In this document: piece by piece, positions 48,267-58,144 of the stretch
Position numbering within the stretch: the first letter of the stretch is position 1
Layout: each line of letters begins with the position of its first letter
IMG/VR virus record: IMGVR_UViG_3300023049_000005
Span: 1-64,000 of that record
Direction: 5' to 3' (one strand)
DNA: 64,000 nt
Notes under the pieces: model-generated
The model's input: the letters and a program-made list of their open reading frames with translations, nothing else
Told to the model about the DNA's origin: nothing
The model's database searches: none
Made by a program: the position numbers and the translations under genes

Positions 48267-50156
48267 TTATTCATCATCTTTCACTTCCTCAAAATCTACA
48301 TCATTGACTTCTTGTTCAGTGTTATCTGTTGAACCTTCCTCTGTATTAGATTCTTGTTCTTGTTGATATAACTTAGTAGAAATAGTAGACCAAGACTGTT
48401 GAAGATCTTCCATCAATGAATCAATAGAATCTAGATCTTTATTCTCATGTGCTTCTTTTAAAGCTTTAGACTTTTCTTCTAACTCAGTTCGATCAGAATC
48501 TTCTAACTTATCTTCGCTTTCTTTGATGAATTTCTCAGTTGAAAAAATTAACTGATCCGCAGAGTTTAGTTTATCAACTTCCTCTTTCTTTTTCTTATCA
48601 GCTTCTGCGTTTTCTTCCGCATCTTTCTTCATTTTCTCGATTTCTTCGTCTGACAGTTGACCGCCATTTTCGATTCTAATATCGTTTTCTTTACCCGTAG
48701 CTTTATCAACAGCTTTAACTGTTAATACACCATTAGCATCGATATTAAAACTAACTTCGATTTGTGGTACTCCTCTTGGAGATGGTGGAATTCCATCTAA
48801 GTGAAACGTACCTAGTGTCTTATTGTCGGTAAAGAACTCACGTTCTCCTACACCAACATTAATCTGAACACTTGGTTGATTATCACTAGCCGTACTATAC
48901 ACTTCCTTCTTTTCAGCAGGGATAGTAGTATTGGCTTCGATCATCTTAGTGAATACACCACCCATTGTTTCAATACCCATACTCATTGGAGTAACATCCA
49001 ATAGAAGAATATCTTCTACTTCATTGTTTAATACACCACCTTGTATAGCAGCACCTAGAGATACGACCTCATCAGGGTTAACACTCTTATTGGGTGCTTT
49101 ACCAAAGAATTTTTCAACAGCTTCTTGTACAGCAGGAATTCTAGTAGATCCACCCACTAAGATTATCTCATCGATATCACTATTCTTAATACCTGCGTTT
49201 TTCATTGCGTTCTTACACGGCTTCAAAGTTCTAGCAATAAATGAATCGATCAATTTATTGAACTCACTTCTAGAAAGAGTTTTCACGTAATGTTTAGGAT
49301 TGTTATCTACTACCGTAATATAAGGCAAGTTAATTTCAGTTGAAGTAGTAGATGATAATTCTATCTTAGCTTTTTCAGCAGCTTCTTTCAATCTCTGTAA
49401 TGCCATAGAATCTTCTTTTAGATCCATACCATTTTCTTCTTTGAACCCATCATTTAACCAATCGATTAATATTTCATCTACATTATCACCACCTAAATGA
49501 ACATCACCATCAGTAGACTTAACCTCAAATACACCATCACCTAGATCTAAGATAGAGATATCAAATGTACCACCACCTAAATCATATACTGCGATAGTTT
49601 TATCTTCTTCGGTTTTATCTAAACCATATGCTAATGCTGCAGCAGTAGGCTCATTGATAATTCTTTTTACCTCAAGACCTGCAATTTTACCTGCCTCAAT
49701 AGTAGCGTTTCTTTCTTGGTCATTAAAGAAAGCAGGAACTGTAATCACACATTCCTTAACATCTTGTCCTAGATAAGACTCAGCAGATTTCTTTAACTTT
49801 TGTAATATCATTGAAGATATTTCTTGTGGTGTGTATTCTCTGTCTCCGATCTTTACCACAGGGATATTTGCTTTATTTTTCACTACTTTAAAAGAAACGT
49901 TTTTTATTTCGTTTTTTACTTCATTGTAGTTCTTCCCAATAAATCTTTTAATTGAGAATACTGTGCTTTCAGGATTGGTTACCATTTGTCTCTTAGCACT
50001 ATCTCCTACTTTTCTTTCACCATCTTCTCCAAATGCTACAATAGAAGGCGTAGTTCTTTTTCCTTCTTCGTTATTAATAACAGTAGCTTTACCGCTTTCG
50101 ATTACTGATACACAACTATTTGATGTACCTAAATCAATTCCTATAATTTTACCCAT
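48267..50156 (-). CDS. dnaK: Hsp70 chaperone DnaK
   Basis: [54 protein letters not shown]. Confidence 0.98.
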   Translation of the reverse strand: MGKIIGIDLGTSNSCVSVIESGKATVINNEEGKRTTPSIVAFGEDGERKVGDSAKRQMVTNPESTVFSIKRFIGKNYNEVKNEIKNVSFKVVKNKANIPVVKIGDREYTPQEISSMILQKLKKSAESYLGQDVKECVITVPAFFNDQERNATIEAGKIAGLEVKRIINEPTAAALAYGLDKTEEDKTIAVYDLGGGTFDISILDLGDGVFEVKSTDGDVHLGGDNVDEILIDWLNDGFKEENGMDLKEDSMALQRLKEAAEKAKIELSSTTSTEINLPYITVVDNNPKHYVKTLSRSEFNKLIDSFIARTLKPCKNAMKNAGIKNSDIDEIILVGGSTRIPAVQEAVEKFFGKAPNKSVNPDEVVSLGAAIQGGVLNNEVEDILLLDVTPMSMGIETMGGVFTKMIEANTTIPAEKKEVYSTASDNQPSVQINVGVGEREFFTDNKTLGTFHLDGIPPSPRGVPQIEVSFNIDANGVLTVKAVDKATGKENDIRIENGGQLSDEEIEKMKKDAEENAEADKKKKEEVDKLNSADQLIFSTEKFIKESEDKLEDSDRTELEEKSKALKEAHENKDLDSIDSLMEDLQQSWSTISTKLYQQEQESNTEEGSTDNTEQEVNDVDFEEVKDDE

Positions 50157-50205
50157 AATTTTTATTTCTTTTTTTATTTAGTTATTACTAATATAATTAC
50201 TATTA

Positions 50206-50246
50206 ATCAATATGAATGCCATTGTATATAACATGACATACTGACA
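50206..50246 (-). promoter_or_regulatory. sigma54-type promoter with upstream TGNCA-N3-TGTCA box (dnaK)
   Basis: Minus strand TGTCAGTATGTCA-N12-TGGCATTCATATTGAT. Confidence 0.6.
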
Positions 50247-50281
50247 TAGTATTATATTTATTTATTGGAATTTGTTGTTAA

Positions 50282-50845
50282 TTATTTTACATTTCTATAT
50301 GTTAAAAGATAAAAATCTTTTCTTGGTATAATACACTTATTAAACCTTTCTTTAACCCTTCTATTTATCTTTCTTTCCCATTTGCTAGATCCTTCTGATA
50401 TCAACAATAAACTTCTTGGTTCTACTAGAAAGTCTAATATCAGATCATCATTTTTCTTAAGGTTATAAACGAAAGAAGATCCTAATACAATTATTATAAC
50501 ATTGTCTTGGAAGACATCACCTTCCTTCATGTAATTATGACCGTCTTCTTTTCTGAAATGTTGTATAACTAATTGGTCATAATTCAGACCCATTGGTTTT
50601 AGTAAATTAAGATAATCAGGAAGTGGCTCTTTTTCTTTATTATGATGTTTCCTATTAAATTTATAATCTAATCCGAAAAACTTAGTTGGTCTACCATTCG
50701 ATAAGTTATAATCTAACTTTTGAAGAAAACTGAACAATTCATCGTGTTTTTCTTTTGTTAAGAAATTTGGATGATATTGTAGACCGTCTATTTTATCCAC
50801 GATCTTTTTAGTTAATTCCGAGTTTTTTCTATAAGCAACTTCCAT
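50282..50845 (-). CDS. AlkB-like 2OG-Fe(II) oxygenase-fold protein lacking metal ligands
   Basis: GLQYHPNFLT, DQLVIQHF, VLGS, EPRSLLLIS, LTYR; HxD..H absent. Confidence 0.65.
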   Translation of the reverse strand: MEVAYRKNSELTKKIVDKIDGLQYHPNFLTKEKHDELFSFLQKLDYNLSNGRPTKFFGLDYKFNRKHHNKEKEPLPDYLNLLKPMGLNYDQLVIQHFRKEDGHNYMKEGDVFQDNVIIIVLGSSFVYNLKKNDDLILDFLVEPRSLLLISEGSSKWERKINRRVKERFNKCIIPRKDFYLLTYRNVK

Positions 50846-50865
50846 AACCTATATATTAATGTAGG

Positions 50866-51990
50866 TTATCTGTTCCAAGGATATTTTGGATCATAGTCTT
50901 GGAAAGCATTATGTATAACAAACATACTTAATCCAAAGTTTAATATGATAGATATAACAATATTCCAAATATATTGAGAAGTAGTTAATTTAACTTCTAA
51001 ATAATCGAAGTCAGTAAACTCTTTTCTCTTGTAGTTTTTCTTAATTTGTTTATATGAATAATCCACTATCTTAGACAAATCTAATTTTTCTTGATCCATC
51101 ACATAATCTCTGATATTAACCTTAGCTAATTCTTTCTCACTCCATGAGAATGGCAGACACCAAATAGGCTTACTGTTATCATCAATACTGATTGGGATAA
51201 TAAACTCATTCTTATTACCGCCTTTCCATAAGGCTTCTTGTAAATTAGCAGCCTTCATCGGTTGGTTATTATATACTAATATAAAAACCTTTACTTGTTT
51301 CTTGTTTCCTAAATCACCATTTAAGATCTGTAACAGTTTAGTTGCTTTTTTATCATTGTACCCTAATAATGACCTTTGGGTATGTCTGTATATTTGAGGA
51401 TATGTAAATAATCTATATTTACTAATATCCAAAGAATCTACATCAGGGTATTCGAATATATTAGGAACAGCTTGTGTTTTATTCTCGTAAATATGTGCAG
51501 TAGTAATACATTCATATGTGATTGTATCTTTGTTCCACATAGTATAATACATATCACCATCTACTGAATGGTAATCTCTACGCATATCTTTGAATTGACT
51601 ATTGCCGTTTTTCTTTTTAAGTCTTAAATATTCACTTTTAGAAGTATAATGTCCATTGTTTAGATGATCTACTTTGATCCATTTAGCAGGATGGTTTTGT
51701 ACGTAAGAACAATCATACGTTTCAGTAGAACAGTTATTCCCTTTAGAATCACAACAACAAGTTCTTGTACAAGTCTGATGGATATATTCATCCCATCTTT
51801 CGTGATACTCCACTCTTTCGAAGCGAGTACCCCAATATTCAACATCTTTAGTAAGGCTATCAACAGCAAAGTATCTAAATATGATCGCTACTAAAACAGA
51901 CATTACTAATAGTAGGATAATTTCCCACCAAACGATCTTTGACTTAAAAAAAGTAAGCAGCAGGATAACAGTTAATATTGTTATTCCCAC
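50866..51990 (-). CDS. membrane-anchored phage protein with Cys-rich extracytoplasmic domain
   Basis: N- and C-terminal TM segments; ERWDEYIHQTC..TYDCSYV, WKGGNKNE. Confidence 0.75.
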   Translation of the reverse strand: MGITILTVILLLTFFKSKIVWWEIILLLVMSVLVAIIFRYFAVDSLTKDVEYWGTRFERVEYHERWDEYIHQTCTRTCCCDSKGNNCSTETYDCSYVQNHPAKWIKVDHLNNGHYTSKSEYLRLKKKNGNSQFKDMRRDYHSVDGDMYYTMWNKDTITYECITTAHIYENKTQAVPNIFEYPDVDSLDISKYRLFTYPQIYRHTQRSLLGYNDKKATKLLQILNGDLGNKKQVKVFILVYNNQPMKAANLQEALWKGGNKNEFIIPISIDDNSKPIWCLPFSWSEKELAKVNIRDYVMDQEKLDLSKIVDYSYKQIKKNYKRKEFTDFDYLEVKLTTSQYIWNIVISIILNFGLSMFVIHNAFQDYDPKYPWNR

Positions 51991-52047
51991 TGCTGATATA
52001 ATTACCTCTAACCTTACTCTTCCGATATAAGAATTACTATATGTTCG

Positions 52048-53012
52048 TTATTTAATTTGTAAAGTATCTAAATTTTTATTGAATAGTGTCTTATATATGT
52101 TATTGACTGAGAATTCAGGTCTGTTTTGTGTACCAAATAATGATCTCGGTGAAAAAACAACCTCGATTTTATCATTACCTACTTCTTTGATATCATGTAT
52201 AGTTATCCGATATCCCGCAATACTATTTGATGAGGTAAAAGTTAATGATCCTGTCCCACCAAAATCAAATTCAAAGTACACTAAGTCATATGTATTAACA
52301 AATGACTTATTATATGTACTAAATAATGCTTTTAATTTTTCTGTTTCATAATCAAATATGAAATTTTCTATATTACCTTCTACATAAGAATCGAAAAATT
52401 CCACGTCATACGTATCAGTAGATAAATCATATTTAGATATACGCAATTCACTTGTGGTTGTTACACCTGCTTGCCCCCTTTGGTAATATATCTTACTATT
52501 ATTTCTATCATAGTAGATAGGCGTAACGGATCTTAAATCATTGGATACGTCCAATGAATCACCCGAAGTCCTAGAATATGTTCCAATAATATTTATTGTA
52601 CTATTGGTCAAATCGTTTTGGTCAAATCGTTTTGGTCGATTTGCCACTCTGTCCACTTAGCTCTATATCCATTAGTGGATGTAGCACCACCGACTATTTC
52701 ATCATCTGCTGTCATGGGAAATATAAAATTACCCGTATCATAATCATATAAAACAAAATTTTGTCTATATAATTGACCATAAGAAGCACCATATGTATCA
52801 TTAGGTGTCCAAGATTCTTCGCTACTTAAATCGAAATTTAAATTGTACCTAGACACAGAAACAGTGCCTGTAGTCTGACCATTGACCCCATGTTCAAATC
52901 TATATACCCATCCCCTTATTTCGTCTGTTATAATCAACCCGTCTGTGTCTATATACCCATTAGTTGATAGGTCAAAATCTTCTACTATTCCCAATTCTAT
53001 ATTACTAGTCAT
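52048..53012 (-). pseudogene. late gene (about 316 aa if intact) split by a 14-bp tandem duplication
   Basis: ORFs 52608..53012 and 52048..52656 fuse in frame (QIDQNDLTNSTINII) when one TTGGTCAAATCGTT copy is removed. Confidence 0.75.
52604..52637. repeat. 14-bp tandem duplication TTGGTCAAATCGTT x2 plus TTGGTC
   Basis: Directly visible. Confidence 0.95.
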
Positions 53013-53047
53013 ACGATTATATATTAAATATAATTAAGACGCTAATT

Positions 53048-53073
53048 AAACTTTATTAATCTGTTCTATATAA
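53048..53073 (+). promoter_or_regulatory. putative middle promoter AAAC(T/A)-N14/15-NATATAA (representative)
   Basis: Same bipartite motif before folD, GT, dam, clpP, 48166, polymerase, clamp loader and 62123. Confidence 0.5.
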
Positions 53074-53091
53074 GAGTAAACGTTTTATAAT

Positions 53092-54600
53092 ATGCTAATA
53101 GAAACACAATACTTAACTAGGACAAAGAAATTACTAGTATCCTTCATCAACGCAGAAGGAAAAACAGAACTAAAATACTTTGATTGGGAGCATCCCTTCA
53201 AGTATCAAATATGTAATCCAAGCGATCCTGATATTGATCCTAAATATAAAAGTTGGGATGGTAAACATATTAAAAAAATCTATAATGTATACCCTGATAG
53301 GTATGCTACTTATGAATTTTTAGATGCGTTACCCAAAGAAGAAACTGAAGAAATATTTAAATTCTATTTACCTAATATATATTTTATTGATATCGAAACA
53401 GAAATTGTCGATGGGTTTCCTGATCCTGCAGAAGCAGCTACTATGATACAGTCTATATCTATTGTGTATGATGATCAAATCGTACTTCTTGGGTTGAAAG
53501 ATATGTCAGAGGAAGTAAGGGCTAGGATAGAAGAAAACACTAATAAGTATTTTGAAAAATTTGAAGCAAATTATAAATTGAAATATGTTAAGTATGATTG
53601 TGAATTTGATATGCTTCAAGATTTCTTTGATAAGGCAAAGAAAATGCCTTGTATAACAGGATGGAACTTCTTAGATTTTGACTTTAGATTCTTAGTCAAT
53701 AGAGCAAGAAAATTATCTAAGGACTATAAAGGTAAAACGTATCATATAGATCCTGCATCTTGTTCTTACACTAGGAGATTAAATAAGATATTTAGAACTG
53801 ATTATGAAATACCTGCTCATAAATTGGTATATGATTACATGCTATTATATGATAGTTTAGATACTTCTGTTAAAGTTAAGGAGAGTAAATCACTTGATTT
53901 CGTATCAAATGCTTTATTAGGAGTAAAGAAAATCGATTTCAAAGGTAGTTTGACTAAGTTATATGAAGAAGATTTCGAAACCTTTATGTATTATAACGCA
54001 GTGGATAGTGTACTTGTACAAAAAATACACGATAAGGGTAAATATATTGATATTATCTTTGCGATTGCTTCATTGTCTAAGATTAGAGCAGTGGATGTGT
54101 ATTCGTATGCGAACGGTGCATTAGGCTCTCTTGCTGTAACAGAGGGGGTATTAAGAGAAATGTTTAGGGAAGATGAAAATATACTATTAGTACCTAGGAC
54201 ACAAGAAGAAAAAGAGAGAACGTATCCTCGTATCGCAGGTGGGTGGGTAAAAGACCCTGCTGTTGGTATGAATAGTTGGGTAGCTTGTTATGACTTTGCT
54301 TCTCTTTATCCTACTACACAAAGACAATTTTATATTGCGCCTGAGAACTATAAAGGGATACGTGTAATAGATGATCCTGAATATTACCTCTGTAATAAGA
54401 CACAACAAAGATTAAAAATCGATAAAACAGATGTGATATGTAGTAACGGTTGTGTATTTAGGAAAAAGAAATCACCTACACTTAAAATGCTTGAGAATGT
54501 ATATAAGGAAAGGAAAGAAAAAAAGAAGATCATGCAGACTAAAAAATTAGAGCGTGATGAATTAAAGAAAGAGTTAGAAGAACTTAAAAATAGTATGTGA
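53092..54600 (+). CDS. family B DNA polymerase N-terminal subunit (gp43A-like)
   Basis: ExoI FIDIETE, ExoII GWNFLDFD, ExoIII YNAVD, motif A YDFASLYP; ends in the first fingers helix; motifs B and C absent. Confidence 0.88.
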   Translation: MLIETQYLTRTKKLLVSFINAEGKTELKYFDWEHPFKYQICNPSDPDIDPKYKSWDGKHIKKIYNVYPDRYATYEFLDALPKEETEEIFKFYLPNIYFIDIETEIVDGFPDPAEAATMIQSISIVYDDQIVLLGLKDMSEEVRARIEENTNKYFEKFEANYKLKYVKYDCEFDMLQDFFDKAKKMPCITGWNFLDFDFRFLVNRARKLSKDYKGKTYHIDPASCSYTRRLNKIFRTDYEIPAHKLVYDYMLLYDSLDTSVKVKESKSLDFVSNALLGVKKIDFKGSLTKLYEEDFETFMYYNAVDSVLVQKIHDKGKYIDIIFAIASLSKIRAVDVYSYANGALGSLAVTEGVLREMFREDENILLVPRTQEEKERTYPRIAGGWVKDPAVGMNSWVACYDFASLYPTTQRQFYIAPENYKGIRVIDDPEYYLCNKTQQRLKIDKTDVICSNGCVFRKKKSPTLKMLENVYKERKEKKKIMQTKKLERDELKKELEELKNSM

Positions 54601-55157
54601 TGAAAGATAGGTTTTTAATTCATATTAAATATCTTGATATTAAGAAAAAAGAGATCGTTGTAAATTATATAGACGATAGCGAAATAGAATTGTTTTACCA
54701 AATAAGAGATAGACAAAATGAGAGTGGAAACTTATTATCGGTTCTTAGTTTGGGTCAAAACATCACGAGTTTTTTTGAAGGTTGTACAGAGACTTATTAT
54801 TACATAAATCGTGAAATAGTAAATAACACAGCAACATATAATATTGACAAGGAAAAACCTACTTCTGAAGAAGTAATAGAGTTAATAGGTTCGGTAGTGA
54901 AGCTACCCGAATATGCTCCCATGGATGTATTTGATGAAGAGGATCTATATTACTATAATATAACTAAAGAATATAATTTCTTTTTCAATTATTATCAATA
55001 TAAAAGAATTAAATATTTTATTGGTGATGTATGTAATGATAAGATTCTCAACGATAAAGATGAAGAATATTTTTGTAGACGTATAATAGGAAGAAAATTT
55101 GTTCCTCATAAAATAGCTAATAGGGATAATATAATTGATGGAGTATTAAACAAATAA
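54597..55157 (+). CDS. hypothetical protein with C-terminal RDxxID tag
   Basis: Ends RDNIIDGVLNK. Confidence 0.7.
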   Translation: MMKDRFLIHIKYLDIKKKEIVVNYIDDSEIELFYQIRDRQNESGNLLSVLSLGQNITSFFEGCTETYYYINREIVNNTATYNIDKEKPTSEEVIELIGSVVKLPEYAPMDVFDEEDLYYYNITKEYNFFFNYYQYKRIKYFIGDVCNDKILNDKDEEYFCRRIIGRKFVPHKIANRDNIIDGVLNK

Positions 55158-55178
55158 TTTTTAAATAGTATAAAATTT

Positions 55179-56147
55179 ATGGACATTAAAAATAACTTAC
55201 TTTGGTTTAAATATAAACCACAAACATTAGATGATATCATTCTTTTACCACGGGTAAGAAAAATGGTAGAAAATGGAATCGATAATCACTTTTTGTTACA
55301 TGGTGATTTCGGTATAGGTAAATCCGCATTAATCGACATATTGACTACGGGCAAGCCAACACTTATGAAAAACACCTCTGTTGATACTTCTATTGATGTA
55401 TTAAGAGATGAAATTGATTCATATGTTACCTCGATGTCAGATATATTTGATTCAACAGATGATTTTAAATACGTATATCTAGATGAATTTGAGAAAGCTT
55501 CCCCTGCGTTTCAGAACGCACTAAAGAAGTATATAGATGATAAATCTGATACGGTTCGATTTGTATTTATTACAAACCATTTGAATAAAGTAGACGAAGG
55601 TATCAAAACAAGGTGTTCAACTATTAACTTTAACCCTAGTACTACCGAGGAAAGGAATTGGTGGAAGACTAAGTGTAAAGAAAAGTTAATGACTATTTCT
55701 TCTAAAGAAGAAATTGAGATCGAAGAAAAGGATATTAAAAAGATAGTTGTTAATAATTATCCTTCTTTACGTAAGATGATAATTGTTCTCTCAGAGATCA
55801 AGAAGACGGGTGTGGTCAAAAGCGATCAGACTTTATTTAAAAGTGAAATTGTTGGCGAATTATACAATTGTCTTACCACAGGTAGTACCGCAGATATGCA
55901 GACGTTTATTATGGAAAACTATGGTAATGATAATGTACAAGATTTAATGAACGCCTGTGGTAGACCATTATTAGAACATCTGATAGTAAATAGGAAAGAT
56001 CTTATACACACAGATAAATTAGGTGATATATATTCGTTAGTAGCCGAACACTCTATGTGGCTGAATACTATTAAAGGAGGTGATCCTATTGTAGTCGGTA
56101 CAAGTCTTTTACATAATATTAAAAAAATGATCAGAAGTGAAAGTTAA
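55179..56147 (+). CDS. clamp loader AAA+ subunit (T4 gp44/RFC-like)
   Basis: KYKPQTLDDIIL, GDFGIGKS, YLDEFE, QNALK, FITN, KTRC. Confidence 0.88.
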   Translation: MDIKNNLLWFKYKPQTLDDIILLPRVRKMVENGIDNHFLLHGDFGIGKSALIDILTTGKPTLMKNTSVDTSIDVLRDEIDSYVTSMSDIFDSTDDFKYVYLDEFEKASPAFQNALKKYIDDKSDTVRFVFITNHLNKVDEGIKTRCSTINFNPSTTEERNWWKTKCKEKLMTISSKEEIEIEEKDIKKIVVNNYPSLRKMIIVLSEIKKTGVVKSDQTLFKSEIVGELYNCLTTGSTADMQTFIMENYGNDNVQDLMNACGRPLLEHLIVNRKDLIHTDKLGDIYSLVAEHSMWLNTIKGGDPIVVGTSLLHNIKKMIRSES

Positions 56148-56448
56148 TCTAATTAACATTAGGGGTTATACTAATGATGATTATATCTATGTGGGGCGAC
56201 CTAGTAGATACGGAAACCCATATAGTTCTAAAGAAGATTCATTAGGAGAATATGTTGGAACTAAGGATGAAGCTATTAATAGATACGAGAAATACATTGA
56301 TGAAAATGATCATCTAATCGATGAACTGATATCAGAATTAAAGGAAAAGAATACTAATAAAATAGGATGTTGGTGTAGTCCGAGTAGATGCCATGGTGAT
56401 GTTTTAAAACAGAGGATAGAATTAAGGGGTTACGAATCAATCATCTAA
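56137..56448 (+). CDS. DUF4326-like protein
   Basis: IYVGRPS.YGNPY, GCWC.P..CHGDVL. Confidence 0.8.
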   Translation: MKVNLINIRGYTNDDYIYVGRPSRYGNPYSSKEDSLGEYVGTKDEAINRYEKYIDENDHLIDELISELKEKNTNKIGCWCSPSRCHGDVLKQRIELRGYESII

Positions 56449-56814
56449 TAGGTTATCGATAATATAATCTCTTTTTGCTCTTTTATCACCACGGCAGTAT
56501 TTTATCCAATCATAAAATTTCTCAGATTCTTTTTCTTTTATCTTTACTATATTTCTTTTATTATTTACATCAATTAAGAATTCCCTATTGAAATGGCAAT
56601 ATGTCTGATAATCTTTTCCCATATCTCCAAATACAGAAGGTCTTTTTTTAAGATCAATACTCCTAAAACTATTTATGATAACTTGCTTATTTAGTTTTGT
56701 TATATGTATTATAAGGTTCTCAGTATAGTTTTCGGGTCTATCACTCATATACTTTTTTTTGTATAAAACAAAATTTTCACCTAATTCGTATTCTTCTTTC
56801 TCTTCTACAAACAT
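56437..56814 (-). CDS. hypothetical protein with C-terminal RDxxID tag
   Basis: Ends RDYIIDNLLDD. Confidence 0.7.
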   Translation of the reverse strand: MFVEEKEEYELGENFVLYKKKYMSDRPENYTENLIIHITKLNKQVIINSFRSIDLKKRPSVFGDMGKDYQTYCHFNREFLIDVNNKRNIVKIKEKESEKFYDWIKYCRGDKRAKRDYIIDNLLDD

Positions 56815-56815
56815 A

Positions 56816-57196
56816 TTAATTTAATAAATTATCAATAAAATCATCTCTCATTTCTTCAATCGGTTTAGAAACTTCTACTATCCAATCAGCAATCTCCCTA
56901 GTTTCTTTTCTACTTATATGTACCTCAGGTTTCTTGTGTGTACCCGCACCTATTATTTTTATTCTAGGGAAAAATTTTATATATCCTAATTCGTTTTTTT
57001 GGAATATTTGATCCTTAATATCAGAAGAGTAGTAAGAAGATTGTAGACAAACCTTATCTGTTACCGTGTTTACAAGAGATACAACAACTGTATATTTTTT
57101 AGACCAATGGCTATATGTTTTAATTACATAAACTTGATGTATATCGTCCTCTAATTTGAATTCATATACATATGAATCTATATCAAAATCTCCCAT
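56816..57196 (-). CDS. hypothetical protein with C-terminal RDxxID tag
   Basis: Ends RDDFIDNLLN. Confidence 0.7.
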   Translation of the reverse strand: MGDFDIDSYVYEFKLEDDIHQVYVIKTYSHWSKKYTVVVSLVNTVTDKVCLQSSYYSSDIKDQIFQKNELGYIKFFPRIKIIGAGTHKKPEVHISRKETREIADWIVEVSKPIEEMRDDFIDNLLN

Positions 57197-57734
57197 CTAA
57201 ATATGTTTTAAATACTTTGATAGGCATACACTTCTTTACCTTATCGTATTGTTTACTTTTCATATACTCTCTTATATCAGTAGATGACATCGGTATCATC
57301 CCATCTATTTGATCTATGATATCAATAGCAGAATCTTCTTTAACATATCCTTCCCTTAATGATTCAATGAACTTATATTGTTTTATCTCATCATAGTTCT
57401 TCCAATTATGTATATTATTAACAACATCAGTTCCTACTAATATAGCAATATCACCATACTTTTCCTTTAGTTTTCTAAGGGTTTTATATGTATAATTGGG
57501 TTTTGGTAGATCGTTTTCTATCAAGTTGACCTTTGTTTTAAGACCGAGTTCTTCTATTGATTGTTCTAACATCCTAACCCTCAGTTCAAATGGTAATATA
57601 TTATTAAGATCTTTATCAGGATTATGCGGAGAAACAACTATTTCCACATCATATCCTTTCTGTTCACAGCTAGTAATTTGTTGTAAATGTCCGTAATGAA
57701 CAGGAGAAAAAGAACCAAAATAGAATACTTTCAT
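57183..57734 (-). CDS. nadD: nicotinate/nicotinamide mononucleotide adenylyltransferase
   Basis: FGSFSPVHYGHL (HxGH), SPHNP.K, YTYKTL, VGTD..W, SSTDIR; TACATTTG 4 nt before ATG. Confidence 0.9.
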   Translation of the reverse strand: MKVFYFGSFSPVHYGHLQQITSCEQKGYDVEIVVSPHNPDKDLNNILPFELRVRMLEQSIEELGLKTKVNLIENDLPKPNYTYKTLRKLKEKYGDIAILVGTDVVNNIHNWKNYDEIKQYKFIESLREGYVKEDSAIDIIDQIDGMIPMSSTDIREYMKSKQYDKVKKCMPIKVFKTYLDGRF

Positions 57735-57766
57735 AATACAAATGTACAAAATTTAATATATACAGT

Positions 57767-58144
57767 ATGGCAAATTTTGATTTTACTGACCTTTATATTA
57801 AATATCCTAGCCATCCGAACTACGACTCAACGAAAGTAGATGAAGATGATATAGTTAGAGTTATATTACAAAAGTATGAAATGATACTTTTTACAAACAA
57901 GGGGGAAGTATTAGGTGATCCTAACTTCGGTGCTGATATAAACAGACTTCTTTTTCAGACTAAAGTATCTAGTAGATATGTAGAAAGAATAATAAGAGAA
58001 CAGATAGCTAATTATATACCTGAACTAAACGGAATCGGATATGATTTAAATATTACTTTTCAACAAAATCCTAATAATTATTCTGATGTTATGTTAATAG
58101 ATTTTAAAGTAAGGGGTCAGGAAGTCAATGCATTTTTTGCCTAA
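57767..58144 (+). CDS. baseplate wedge protein, T4 gp25-like
   Basis: ILFTNKGEVLGDPNFG..LLF; late box upstream. Confidence 0.75.
   Translation: MANFDFTDLYIKYPSHPNYDSTKVDEDDIVRVILQKYEMILFTNKGEVLGDPNFGADINRLLFQTKVSSRYVERIIREQIANYIPELNGIGYDLNITFQQNPNNYSDVMLIDFKVRGQEVNAFFA

Noticed and set aside
54597-55157. C-terminal half of the DNA polymerase
   Set aside because: No motif B or C; it ends in the RDxxID tag like other small hypothetical proteins
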